A DNA stretch of 20,000 nucleotides. It comes from Dehalococcoidia bacterium (GTDB lineage Bacteria; Chloroflexota; Dehalococcoidia; Lucifugimonadales; VXLM01). The notes beneath the pieces were generated by a model. The model was not told the origin of the DNA. It saw nothing but the letters and a program-made list of their open reading frames with translations, and made no database searches. A program made the translations under genes and the position numbers. Below, in pieces: positions 1-8,433 of the stretch (position 1 is its first letter; each line of letters begins with the position of its first letter). The stretch is taken from the NCBI GenBank assembly GCA_963662435.1, contig OY759598.1, forward strand, positions 3,859,923 to 3,879,922, read 5' to 3'.

Positions 1-1814
1 ATGTGCATGGCCCCGGCCAGCTCGCCGAGGGTGAGTGGTTGGACGGGCGGGCGTGATGTAGTTGACCCAACTTCCGTGAGCGAGGTGTCCGTCTCGTGGG
101 CGAGTATCTCCGTGAAGCGCTTGTGGCACATCTTCCCCTGGCACGGCCCCATCGTGACCGTGCTGTAGCGCTTGAGGATCTGTACGTCTCGGAACCCCTC
201 GTCCACGCCCTGCACAACGTCTTTCGCGAGCACGTCTTCGCAGTAGCAGACGAATTGACGCGGGCCCGCGGCGAGGTGCACGGGCGCCGGTGTGATGAGC
301 GAGCGACGGCGGTATCCCGATATCGCCTCCCTGAGCGAATGTCTGAGGGCCGTCAGATCGGTATTGCTCTGAGAGTGGCCGGCGGCCTCTGAAGCCTCGA
401 GGCCTGCCAGTCTTCCCTGCATGGCGGATATGTTCGAGTCGTGGAAGGCGGAGACGTCACCGGCAGCGTGTACCGACTCCGGAAGCTGATCGGGAATGTC
501 GGCGTCGAGATCGAAGTCGCGTACGAACGTTGCTCCCGCTTGGTGAAGCAGGGCGGACGAGGGCTGGAAGCCCCCGCTCATGGCGATGGTGTCGCAGTCG
601 AACTGCCGCTCGTTGCCCGTTACGCCGAGTGGACCCATTTCAGCGACGATCCCGCCGATGACAGTCCTCGTGCCCTCCGCTCTGACCATGGTGTGATTTG
701 GGATGATCAGCACGCCCCTGGAACGGAGCGTGTTCGCGGCGTCGAGGTCATGGCGGTAATCCGGGCGCGTATCTGCGATTGCGACGATTCGCATCCCGGC
801 GTCGAGCATGTCGAGCGCCGAGTAGTACGCCTCATCATTGGTCGTCACCACGAGGGCAGAGTTTCCCGGCCTGACGCGGTAGAGATTCACGAGACGGCGG
901 ACGGCGCTGCTGAGCATCACACCGGAGAGATCGTTGCGCTCGAATGTCAGCGGAAGCTCCTGCGCGCCGGTCGCGACAATCACCTGACGGGCGCGGAGGT
1001 GAACGACTCCCGCCGGCGCGCGGACGCCGAGCAGGTTCCCCTCGTAGAGACCGAAGACGGAGGAGTCGGAGAAAACGTCAATATTCTCGTGCGCGGAAAC
1101 GCTACGGGCAAGCGAACCGGCGGCTTCCGGCCCCGTCACTTCTCCACCTTCGGCAATCGTCACGGACTGGTATTGAGATCCAAAGCGGAGCTTACCTCCA
1201 AGCGATGGCTGGTCGTCGACAATGGTCACACGCGCCCCGGCCCGCGCGGCTTGGAGGGCTGCGGACATTCCGGCAATGCCGCCACCGATGACGGCAACGT
1301 CGGCGTGGGCGAATGAGTGGTGTCCGGAGGGTTGCTCATCGGTATCGAGGTTGACGCTTCCAAGTCCGGCGAATCGCCGAATAATGGATGCCGAGAATTT
1401 CCAGAGCATCCTTGGCCGGTAGAGCCCCTTATAGTAGAACCCGACCGGCAGCGCCCAGCGGAAGCGATCGAATATGGAGAGCAGGTCCCGGTCGAGGCCG
1501 GGCCACGCGTTCTGGCCCTTGACCTGCATCCCCGGACGAACTCGCTCGACACATGTTCGTACGTTGGGCACGCCGTCGACCGTCATCAGGCAGTTCGGAC
1601 AGTTGCCGGAAGCGCAGAGCATGCCTCGAACGCGGTGGTACTTGAAGCTGCGGGAGAAGATGCGGACTCCGTCCGCATAGAGGGCCGAGCCGATGGTGTC
1701 GCCTTCGTACGCCTGTACCAATCTGCCGTTGAACTCGAACTCGATGGCCTTGGAGCGGTCGATCAGCTCCAAGGGGACCGGTTCGAGACGCGAAGGATTT
1801 CTGCCGGTAGTCAT
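1..1814 (-). CDS. soxA: Sarcosine oxidase subunit alpha-family FAD/[2Fe-2S] oxidoreductase (partial, runs off the left edge)
   Basis: Absent from the ORF track (no stop in window). Translated by hand in segments from ATG 1814, which overlaps the soxD stop (ATGA): MTTGRNPSRLEPVPLELIDRSKAIEFEFNGRLVQAYEGDTIGSALYADGVRIFSRSFKYHRVRGMLCASGNCPNCLMTVDGVPNVRTC; Rossmann motif DVAVIGGGIAG; in-frame distal FVCYCEDV...LKRYSTVTMGPCQGKMC...TTSRPP. Confidence 0.88.
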   Translation of the reverse strand, partial: MTTGRNPSRLEPVPLELIDRSKAIEFEFNGRLVQAYEGDTIGSALYADGVRIFSRSFKYHRVRGMLCASGNCPNCLMTVDGVPNVRTCVERVRPGMQVKGQNAWPGLDRDLLSIFDRFRWALPVGFYYKGLYRPRMLWKFSASIIRRFAGLGSVNLDTDEQPSGHHSFAHADVAVIGGGIAGMSAALQAARAGARVTIVDDQPSLGGKLRFGSQYQSVTIAEGGEVTGPEAAGSLARSVSAHENIDVFSDSSVFGLYEGNLLGVRAPAGVVHLRARQVIVATGAQELPLTFERNDLSGVMLSSAVRRLVNLYRVRPGNSALVVTTNDEAYYSALDMLDAGMRIVAIADTRPDYRHDLDAANTLRSRGVLIIPNHTMVRAEGTRTVIGGIVAEMGPLGVTGNERQFDCDTIAMSGGFQPSSALLHQAGATFVRDFDLDADIPDQLPESVHAAGDVSAFHDSNISAMQGRLAGLEASEAAGHSQSNTDLTALRHSLREAISGYRRRSLITPAPVHLAAGPRQFVCYCEDVLAKDVVQGVDEGFRDVQILKRYSTVTMGPCQGKMCHKRFTEILAHETDTSLTEVGSTTSRPPVQPLTLGELAGAMH

Positions 1815-2089
1815 TGCTGCTTCGGGCGCTTCTCAGGCCATTCGGTGCGAAGTATGTCGTTGGTTACAGTGTTTCGGTGTGCCACGAACCACTTTCGGCA
1901 GCCGAACGAGTGGTACCACCACTCGACGCTCTCGCCTGCCGGGTTCTTCGTGAAATAGAAGTACCGGGTGAGGTCTCCGTCGGAGTCGTCCATCGACTTG
2001 CGCTGCGACAGCGACGAGATCTCACCGCCGTGCCGGAACTCATGCACATCGCGCTCACCGCAGTTTGGACATGGCATTAGGAATGACAT
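1811..2089 (-). CDS. soxD: Sarcosine oxidase subunit delta family protein
   Basis: 92 aa; CPNCGER..EF..GGE, NPAG...EWW.H..GC..WF...RNT signature with C-x2-C...H-x3-C zinc ligands; coupled to the soxA-like gene. Confidence 0.92.
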   Translation of the reverse strand: MSFLMPCPNCGERDVHEFRHGGEISSLSQRKSMDDSDGDLTRYFYFTKNPAGESVEWWYHSFGCRKWFVAHRNTVTNDILRTEWPEKRPKQQ

Positions 2090-2162
2090 GGATTGAATAT
2101 GCCGGTTGGGAGAATTTGGGGACTATGTCAAATGAGCGCAGCTAGTCCATAGCCAAGGGGAA

Positions 2163-2369
2163 TCATAGCTGTTCCCATGTGCTTCTGTCGATCTGTGCTT
2201 GCGCCAGAATGCGAACTAGGAGATTGCGGATCACATCTCCTCGGTGCGGGTTGTTAACTTGACCTCTTACCATGAATTCGTGCCTAGTTCCCGAGAACGG
2301 CCCTTCGAATCCAAGTTGGAGAAAGTACCCAATGAGGTCTCGTCTGCTTACAGGTCCGAATCTCGGCCC
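2163..2369 (-). pseudogene. hicA: HicA-family toxin reading frame lacking a canonical start codon
   Basis: Hand translation (G)PRFGPVSRRDLIGYFLQLGFEGPFSGTRHEFMVRGQVNNPHRGDVIRNLLVRILAQAQIDRSTWEQL* resembles HicA. The expected start codon position, overlapping the hicB TAG, reads GGG. No in-frame ATG/GTG/TTG upstream before the TAA at 2408-2406. Confidence 0.78.
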
Positions 2370-2614
2370 TATCCCACGCTCTGCGCGGGAGTCAATGATA
2401 TGCCGTTAATGGATGGAATGTCATGTCCCTGACGGATACCGAGCAACAGCCAATCTTCAAGTACCTCTTGCAACTCGGTGCGGCATTGGTCCAAGCTCTC
2501 CGCGTTCGCCCAAACGCCCTGAAGTCCCAGAATCTCCCCATAGTACAGCCCGTCCTCCGGCAGGAGTTCGTATACGGCTACTCGCATAGCTGCGGATATG
2601 TACTCGGTAAGCAT
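2369..2614 (-). CDS. hicB: HicB-family antitoxin (UPF0150-like, short form without a C-terminal DNA-binding domain)
   Basis: 81 aa MLTEYI.AAM..A.YELL.EDG.YYGEI.GLQGVWANA.SL..CR.EL.EVLEDWLLL....GHDIP.I.GI pattern; followed directly by the HicA-like frame. Confidence 0.88.
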   Translation of the reverse strand: MLTEYISAAMRVAVYELLPEDGLYYGEILGLQGVWANAESLDQCRTELQEVLEDWLLLGIRQGHDIPSINGISLTPAQSVG

Positions 2615-2750
2615 TGCAGCGCCTCAGCCTGTAGAGGGATTATTTCAGAGTGCTCTCTAACAAACTTCCCGTCGTGCAGGATATAACGCATCTGCCTTTA
2701 AGGCGTCGAGCGAAACGCGCCCTGGAGCCTACCTGCAGCCCCGCCCGGAG

Positions 2751-3257
2751 TCACTGGAGCGATTTGATGTATGAGATCAGGGCGTTTATCTCATCGTCCG
2801 ATAGAAAATCATACGGCGTCATGGCGTTGTCAAAGCCCGCTACGATATTCAACGACGGATTGCGAATGGACTCGGCGATGTACTCTTCGTCGACTACAAA
2901 GGAACTACCGTCTGTCATCGACTCGGTGCTTCCGAAAAGGCCCTTCCATGTGGGACCTACAAGCTTCGTGCCGTCGATGGAGTGGCATGCCCCGCAAGCA
3001 TTACGCTCTGCAACAACCTTGCCCCCCTCAGTACAGTCGGGGTGCGGTTGCTCACAATCGACTTCTATGACGACTCCAGTGTCAGGAGGGGGAGCGCCAA
3101 TTGCCTCGGCCACGCTTTCCTGCAGTTCGGCGCTTGCGGCCATCGGGATGGCGGGAGAGTTGCCTATGGGTCTTAATTCTGACGTTTCGGATGACGTACA
3201 GGCCGCGACCATCATCACGACGGCGACGATGGGCAGCACGAGTCGAGGTATGTGCAT
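2751..3257 (-). CDS. Monoheme cytochrome c lipoprotein (similar to the C-terminal cytochrome c domain of caa3-type oxidase subunit II)
   Basis: CGACH heme motif, VGPTWKGLFG, YIAESIRNP, candidate axial Met in AMTPY; hydrophobic signal plus lipobox VAAC. Start placed at ATG 3257 rather than 3302 because a candidate -10 box abuts 3302. Confidence 0.85.
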   Translation of the reverse strand: MHIPRLVLPIVAVVMMVAACTSSETSELRPIGNSPAIPMAASAELQESVAEAIGAPPPDTGVVIEVDCEQPHPDCTEGGKVVAERNACGACHSIDGTKLVGPTWKGLFGSTESMTDGSSFVVDEEYIAESIRNPSLNIVAGFDNAMTPYDFLSDDEINALISYIKSLQ

Positions 3258-3302
3258 TGTTGGAGGAATTACCGGAGGCGTGTCTTCATTAGTTTCGAAC
3301 AT

Positions 3303-3332
3303 ATCGTAGCAGTTCTGTCAAGGGAGGGTCAA
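3303..3332 (-). promoter_or_regulatory. Putative sigma70-type promoter for the cytochrome c gene
   Basis: TTGACC-N18-TACGAT with TG extended -10 (tgcTACGAT). Confidence 0.55.
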
Positions 3333-3489
3333 CGAGAAACGGTTGGATGCAGTGCAAAATTGACAATCGCATTCTGTTGCACATTGCTTCCGCTTATGGA
3401 GGCTGTATCAACTTCGTCCCTGTGCTGCTCCCGGACACCAAAACAGCCATCCCCGTCACTCCTCTGAACATAGCCCCCGTCCAGCCTCC

Positions 3490-3517
3490 GTAGGGTCGCT
3501 TCGCGAATCGCCCCCAC
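3490..3517 (+). repeat. GTAG-class REP-like palindrome (degenerate)
   Basis: GTAGGGTCGCTTCGCGAATCGCCCCCAC: GTAG tetranucleotide followed by an imperfect palindrome centred on TTCGCGAA. Confidence 0.6.
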
Positions 3518-3531
3518 CACCGACCCCACGC

Positions 3532-3559
3532 CGTCATTCCGGCGAAAGCAGGAATCCAG
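3532..3559 (+). repeat. CGTC-class REP-like palindrome
   Basis: CGTCATTCCGGCGAAAGCAGGAATCCAG, matching the widespread CGTCATTCCnGCGnAAGCnGGAATCCAG repeat type (ATTCC...GGAAT stem, GAAA loop). Confidence 0.7.
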
Positions 3560-3910
3560 GAGGGGTCGAGTGGGGCAGCACCTCTAGTCGGAACCACCGA
3601 CTAACTTGATACAGCTTCATATGCATGTGCCCAGATTTGACGAACAAGAACGCATGACCTATTCTTGACATACGACAACTACGACGCAGGCGCTGAGAGA
3701 AGACCGAGGTCATCATCCCGGAAAACGGTCTTCCTCCCTTCGCCGAGGCCGAAAAAGTCACGAAATGTCCTGAAATGTCCCACGATTTGATACTTTAGAA
3801 TCGGAGCATAAGCCTGGGCGACCAAACCGAATTGAACCGTGCGCCAGAATAGGAAGCACCGGAAAGTCGGACGTGAGAACGTTCGCAGCCGCCTACCAGG
3901 AGGTGTCGTG

Positions 3911-4903
3911 ATGAGAAGGTCATTCAAGGAAGTTGTACTCGTTCTTGCGGGGCTGGGTATCCTCTTTGGAGTGACTCTTGCTTGCGGCTCTACGCAATCG
4001 GAGACAACCGGCTCCGCGACAACGGGCCAGGACGCCGCCGCAAAATATCCGAAAGCGACTCAGGTTTCCGATGCCGACGCAAAGCCGACCGGAAAGATGG
4101 AGTCGCTTCTATCCGGCGAGACGCTGGCGCGGTACCGGGTGCTGCCCGAGGAGTATCGTGTGGCGTTGGAGGCTTACGCGAGGTTCGGAGTCTCAGACGA
4201 CCTCATCCCGACGGTGGTGGCGGAGAAGATTTCGCAGTGGGGAGACACTCCGGAACCGATCCAGGACCTGCTCGATGCGGAGCGTTACGCCATATTCCAA
4301 GAGCTTACGGCGATACAGCCGAACCCGAATATCGGTGATAATGCGAGATTGCACAGGCACGCCTTCTTCTTCCTGGGGTATTACCTTTACGTCTTGAAGA
4401 ACGAAGACACGCCAGAAGGTCGGAAGCAGGCATTCGCCAACTTCCTAGATACCATTGCCGATAGATTTGAACCTGGGGAAGAGCCCGCTGTCCCTGCGCC
4501 CTTGCTTGACGGACTGATAGTCCCCTTGGCGATGGCTGCGCTCGATGGGCTTGGGCCGCGGCTGCGGGACGCTATTGCCATACCCCAACCCAATACCGCC
4601 TTTAGCCTAATCGCGATGTCTGCCGAAATCGTCGGCAAGGAGGTCTTGCTACTGAAGTCGGAGCCCGGTCTGGAGATACCCACGATGTATGAGTTTCTCT
4701 CTACTGAGGAACAAGAACTGTTCAAAGGTCTGCCTGCCGACCTTCGCGAGTCTGTAGACGGCAGATTCGGGCATGGGGTTTTGTGGATCATGACCGGAAT
4801 GGCGACGAGCGGGGACCACCCTTTGACTATACTACCAAGCGAGGAGGTTCTTGCGAAGGTTGCCCAGCACCAATTCGAATTCGTACAGCACCTGGCCAAG
4901 TAG
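3911..4903 (+). CDS. Hypothetical lipoprotein with internal helical repeats
   Basis: SD GGAGGT at 3899-3904 before GTG 3908/ATG 3911; basic N-terminus, hydrophobic core, lipobox TLAC, Thr/Ser/Ala-rich linker; no family recognised. Confidence 0.75.
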   Translation: MRRSFKEVVLVLAGLGILFGVTLACGSTQSETTGSATTGQDAAAKYPKATQVSDADAKPTGKMESLLSGETLARYRVLPEEYRVALEAYARFGVSDDLIPTVVAEKISQWGDTPEPIQDLLDAERYAIFQELTAIQPNPNIGDNARLHRHAFFFLGYYLYVLKNEDTPEGRKQAFANFLDTIADRFEPGEEPAVPAPLLDGLIVPLAMAALDGLGPRLRDAIAIPQPNTAFSLIAMSAEIVGKEVLLLKSEPGLEIPTMYEFLSTEEQELFKGLPADLRESVDGRFGHGVLWIMTGMATSGDHPLTILPSEEVLAKVAQHQFEFVQHLAK

Positions 4904-5089
4904 AAGGACACACAAGAGGGCAGCCGCGATTGCGCCCGCGCCCCACACGACTTCGGGTTGTGGGCAACGAACATCTTGAGAAGCTGTTGCGGCCCGTCCC
5001 CCTCCGTGATACCTTGAAATTCGGAAACACCACTTACCATCCCACAAATCCGCCATCTCACAAGAACGCACCACCCCGCTTCACCTAAC

Positions 5090-5707
5090 ATGCTGACCGA
5101 CAGTCAGGAACCGCCCGCACAGGAGCCAGGTACGCAGACCGATAGTCAATCGGGCGGTGGCCCGACATCGCTGCTTCGGGACAGAATACTCCTCGGAACG
5201 GTCTTCGGCGCTTTCGCGCTCGACCAGGTGTCGAAGAGGATCATCACCTCCTGGCTGGATCTGGGCGAGTCGTGGCCCAGCGAGGGGTTCTTCCGTATTA
5301 CCTATGGGACGAACTCCGGCACTGCCTTCGGCCTCTTTCCCAATCAAACGACACTGCTGATATTCGTGTCGCTGGTCGCAATAGGGTTCCTGGTCTACTT
5401 CTACAGGGCCCACGCGATGCCGAGCTTGCTGCTGAGGTTCGCCATTGGCCTCCAGCTCGGTGGGGCATTCGGAAACCTCATCGACCGTGTGCTCAACGGC
5501 AAGGTCGTGGACTTCATCGACGTCGGACCCTGGCCGATATTCAACCTCGCAGACTCCTCGATCGTCGTCGGGATTTTCATCCTCATGGTGGTCTTCGTGC
5601 TGACAAAGGACTCGTCGGGGAATCGTTCCGACGCTCAGCCCGGACCCTCAGAAAAAGAACCGCTGGACTCACAGGTGTTGCCTCGGGCGCCCGTGCAGGA
5701 TGAATGA
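5090..5707 (+). CDS. lspA: Lipoprotein signal peptidase II
   Basis: DQVSK, N.G.AFG, GGAFGNLIDR, VVDFI, WPIFNLADS motifs. Confidence 0.96.
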   Translation: MLTDSQEPPAQEPGTQTDSQSGGGPTSLLRDRILLGTVFGAFALDQVSKRIITSWLDLGESWPSEGFFRITYGTNSGTAFGLFPNQTTLLIFVSLVAIGFLVYFYRAHAMPSLLLRFAIGLQLGGAFGNLIDRVLNGKVVDFIDVGPWPIFNLADSSIVVGIFILMVVFVLTKDSSGNRSDAQPGPSEKEPLDSQVLPRAPVQDE

Positions 5708-6602
5708 GCAAGTCGAGCATCTCGTCGAGACCAGCGGAGAGCGGCTTGATGTGTTCCTGGCGGGCCGGCATCCCGACCTCTCGCGCTCTCGAATTAGGAA
5801 GCTGATCGATGACGGGAACGTCATGGTCGATGGACGTGCCGGCAAGGCCTCCACGCGTCTGGCGGACGGCCAGAACGTCTCGATTGGGATCCCACCTCCG
5901 GCCCCGGCTGAGTTACGTCCGTGGGTCGTACCACTCTCCATCGTGCATGAAGATGAAGCTCTCATCGTCATCGACAAGCCTGCGGGCATGACGGTGCATC
6001 CCGTCCCGGGAAACGAAGACAAGACCATGGCTAATGCCGTCATCGCCTACGCCCCTAGTATCGAGGGTATCGGTGGCGAACGCCGACCCGGGATCGTACA
6101 CCGGCTCGATAAGGACACCTCGGGACTGATCGTCGTTGCCAAGAATGAGAGGGCCCACGCCCATCTGGCAGAGCAGTTCAAGAGCAGGGAAGTAGGCAAG
6201 GTCTACCTTGCGCTCGTCACCGGACATCCGAGTCCGCCGGAAGCCGACATCGAAGCCCCAATCGGCCGGCACCCGCGCGACCGCCAACGAATGGCAATAG
6301 TCTCAACAGGACGACCCTCCATCACGCGGTATAGAGTCGTGAGCATGTACAAGAGAGCTTCTCTTGTCGAAGCACGCCCACGCACGGGCCGCACACACCA
6401 GATCCGCGTTCACCTGGCATCCGTCGGGCACCCCGTTGTCGGCGATTCGACCTACGGCCGAGCGGTCGAGGGACTTTCGCGCCAGTTTCTTCATGCCCGT
6501 CAACTGGCCTTCGCGCACCCCGGGAGCGGGGAGCCGATGAGTTTCACGACCCCGTTGCCGGACGATCTGGAAGCGTATCTCGGGGGACTGTTGCCTGGGT
6601 GA
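5700..6602 (+). CDS. rluD: RluA-family 23S rRNA pseudouridine synthase with N-terminal S4 domain (RluD-like)
   Basis: RLDVFLA..SRSRI..LI..G.V S4 domain; KPAGMTVHP, VHRLDKDTSG, TGRTHQIRVH, GHPVVGD; conserved lspA-rluD order. Confidence 0.92.
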   Translation: MNEQVEHLVETSGERLDVFLAGRHPDLSRSRIRKLIDDGNVMVDGRAGKASTRLADGQNVSIGIPPPAPAELRPWVVPLSIVHEDEALIVIDKPAGMTVHPVPGNEDKTMANAVIAYAPSIEGIGGERRPGIVHRLDKDTSGLIVVAKNERAHAHLAEQFKSREVGKVYLALVTGHPSPPEADIEAPIGRHPRDRQRMAIVSTGRPSITRYRVVSMYKRASLVEARPRTGRTHQIRVHLASVGHPVVGDSTYGRAVEGLSRQFLHARQLAFAHPGSGEPMSFTTPLPDDLEAYLGGLLPG

Positions 6603-6613
6603 CATTGAGTGGC

Positions 6614-6639
6614 GCCATTCGACAGGCTCATGGCAAACG
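6614..6639 (-). repeat. Dispersed palindromic intergenic repeat, copy 1
   Basis: Minus strand CGTTTGCCATGAGCCTGTCGAATGGC is 22/26 identical to 17756-17781, with an identical 13-nt core TGAGCCTGTCGAA. Confidence 0.65.
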
Positions 6640-6645
6640 GGGAGA

Positions 6646-6661
6646 CCTGGGTAAGCCCAGG
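6646..6661. terminator. Hairpin between convergent rluD and permease genes
   Basis: CCTGGG-TAAG-CCCAGG perfect 6-bp stem; no U-tract, so terminator function is uncertain. Confidence 0.35.
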
Positions 6662-6698
6662 AGATAGTGGCCTCGCGAGGTGAAGAGGCGTGAAGCCG

Positions 6699-7568
6699 TT
6701 AGTCGGCGCTTCTCTTCGTCCACTCGCCCTTTAGTGCCGCAAGTCCGAATAACCCGGTAGCGACGAGGGCCATCACCGGGCCCGTGGGCATGTTGGCGTG
6801 GAAGGACAAGTACATCCCGACCACGGCCGACAACACGCCAATCACCGCGCCAATGACCATGACTCCGACGAATCGTCTCGCGAGGAGGAATCCGGTCGCT
6901 GCAGGCGTGATGAGCATGGCCATGACGAGGACGATTCCGGCTGCCTGGATGCTGATGACGATCACCAGGGCCAGGAGGGCGAGCAGTACGTATTCGACTA
7001 TGCGGACCTTGATTCCGACCACTTCCGCCCCCACCGGGTCGAAGGTGGTGTACACGAGATGACGGTGAAATACGTACAGCCCGGCAATCACCAGCACCGC
7101 GAGCCCCAGGGACAGGTATACCTCGCCGGTACTTACGCCCAAAATCTCCCCTATCAGGAGGTCCTCGATATTGGGCGCTTGGGTGTTGCGAAGTTCGAGG
7201 AACGTGTTTATATAGAAGGGGCTGGAGAGCATCACGAGGCCGAGGGCGAACATCCCGGCGAAGACGATTCCAATCGACGTGTCTTCGCTGCTTCCCGTGC
7301 GACGGCTGATGAAGCCCATCAGAAGTGCTATTGCGACACCGGTCGGAACGGCGGCAATAAGTGCGGTGCCGGTTGCCAGCAGGCCGATTCCCATGCCCGG
7401 CAGGACGGAGTGGGCAAGGGCGTCGCCCATGAAGGCGCGACCGCGGGCCACCACGTAGGCCCCGATGACGGGGCACATGACCCCGACGAGGATGGACACG
7501 ATCAGGGCCCGCTGCATGAAGTCGTAACGCAGGGGCTCGAAGAACAGCTCAGCGATATCCGGAATCAA
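6699..7568 (-). CDS. Zn/Mn ABC transporter permease (ZnuB/MntB family)
   Basis: FMQRAL...G.YVV.RG.AFMGDALAHSVLPG, EDTSIGIVF.GMFALG, TFDP..A, GIVLV.AMLITPAA motifs. Confidence 0.95.
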   Translation of the reverse strand: MIPDIAELFFEPLRYDFMQRALIVSILVGVMCPVIGAYVVARGRAFMGDALAHSVLPGMGIGLLATGTALIAAVPTGVAIALLMGFISRRTGSSEDTSIGIVFAGMFALGLVMLSSPFYINTFLELRNTQAPNIEDLLIGEILGVSTGEVYLSLGLAVLVIAGLYVFHRHLVYTTFDPVGAEVVGIKVRIVEYVLLALLALVIVISIQAAGIVLVMAMLITPAATGFLLARRFVGVMVIGAVIGVLSAVVGMYLSFHANMPTGPVMALVATGLFGLAALKGEWTKRSAD

Positions 7569-8341
7569 TGCACGTGTCCGTCATGTTCTTCCTGATCATG
7601 TGGGTCGACGTGGTGATGGGTGAACTCGAGGCCGTGAGAGCCGAATAGCTCCTCCAGCACCTCGGGGGTGAACGCCTCTTCCGGCGGACCGTAGGCGCAC
7701 ATGTGGTGGTTGATGCAGAGTATCCGGTCGAAGCGCTCGGCGATGTTCGTCAGATCGTGCGTGGAGATGATGACGATCTTGCCTTCGTCGCGGAGGGACT
7801 GGAGGACTACGATGATGTCCTCCTGAGCCGCGACGTCGACGCCGCTGAAGGCCTCGTCCATAAGGATGATGCTGGCCTCCTGGGCGAGAGCGCGGGCTAT
7901 GAAGACCCTCTGGCGCTGCCCCCCCGACAGCCGGTCCACGAGGGCAGTGCGCTCATCCCAGAGGTTGACCCGCTCCAGGCAGTCACGGACCATCTCCTTG
8001 TCGTGCCTGCTGGGGCGCTGGAACCAGCCGATGTTGTTGCCACGACCCATCATGACCACGTCCTGGATGGTGGCAGGAAAGCGCCAGTTGATGCTGTCGC
8101 GCTGCGGCACGTAGGCCAGGGCCCCTGTTCTGTCGGCGCCCCGCACGGTCAATGACCCGTTCGCCACGGGCAGCAGTCCGGCGATGGCTTCGAACAGGGT
8201 GCTCTTGCCCGCGCCGTTTGGGCCGAGTATGCCCATCAGGGTACCGGGCCCGACTTCGAATGTGATCCCCGTCAGCGCAACGTGGCCACCCCGCTCGACA
8301 CTCATATCCTCAACGGTGATGCCAAGTTCGGAGGCGGTCAT
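7565..8341 (-). CDS. Zn/Mn ABC transporter ATP-binding protein (ZnuC/MntA family)
   Basis: Walker A GPNGAGKST, YVPQ, LSGGQRQR, ILMDEAF, STHD; His-rich C-terminal tail HHHVDPHDQEEHDGHVH. Confidence 0.95.
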   Translation of the reverse strand: MTASELGITVEDMSVERGGHVALTGITFEVGPGTLMGILGPNGAGKSTLFEAIAGLLPVANGSLTVRGADRTGALAYVPQRDSINWRFPATIQDVVMMGRGNNIGWFQRPSRHDKEMVRDCLERVNLWDERTALVDRLSGGQRQRVFIARALAQEASIILMDEAFSGVDVAAQEDIIVVLQSLRDEGKIVIISTHDLTNIAERFDRILCINHHMCAYGPPEEAFTPEVLEELFGSHGLEFTHHHVDPHDQEEHDGHVH

Positions 8342-8367
8342 GTCAATCCCCTGATTGATAAGCGTCC

Positions 8368-8390
8368 GGGTGCGGAGACTCTCCGCACCC
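8368..8390. terminator. Perfect inverted repeat between binding-protein and ATPase genes (partial terminator or mRNA-stabilising stem)
   Basis: GGGTGCGGAGA-C-TCTCCGCACCC, 11-1-11 perfect palindrome. Confidence 0.6.
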
Positions 8391-8433
8391 AGTGCGCCCC
8401 GATGCTACCATATTCTCGGCAATGTGACAGTGC

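Noticed and set aside
96..1958. Long plus-strand ORFs (96-392, 441-1316, 1317-1958)
   Set aside because: Antisense shadows of the minus-strand soxA-like and soxD genes; no recognisable motifs.
3655..3789. Possible gene remnant ending ...SRNVLKCPTI*
   Set aside because: No start codon or SD and no recognisable homology; only the tandem 10-mer is supportable.
4904..5089. Possible ncRNA or riboswitch upstream of lspA (imperfect CCCACA...TGTGGG hairpin at 4942-4964)
   Set aside because: No recognisable RNA-family motif; the single imperfect stem lacks a U-tract.
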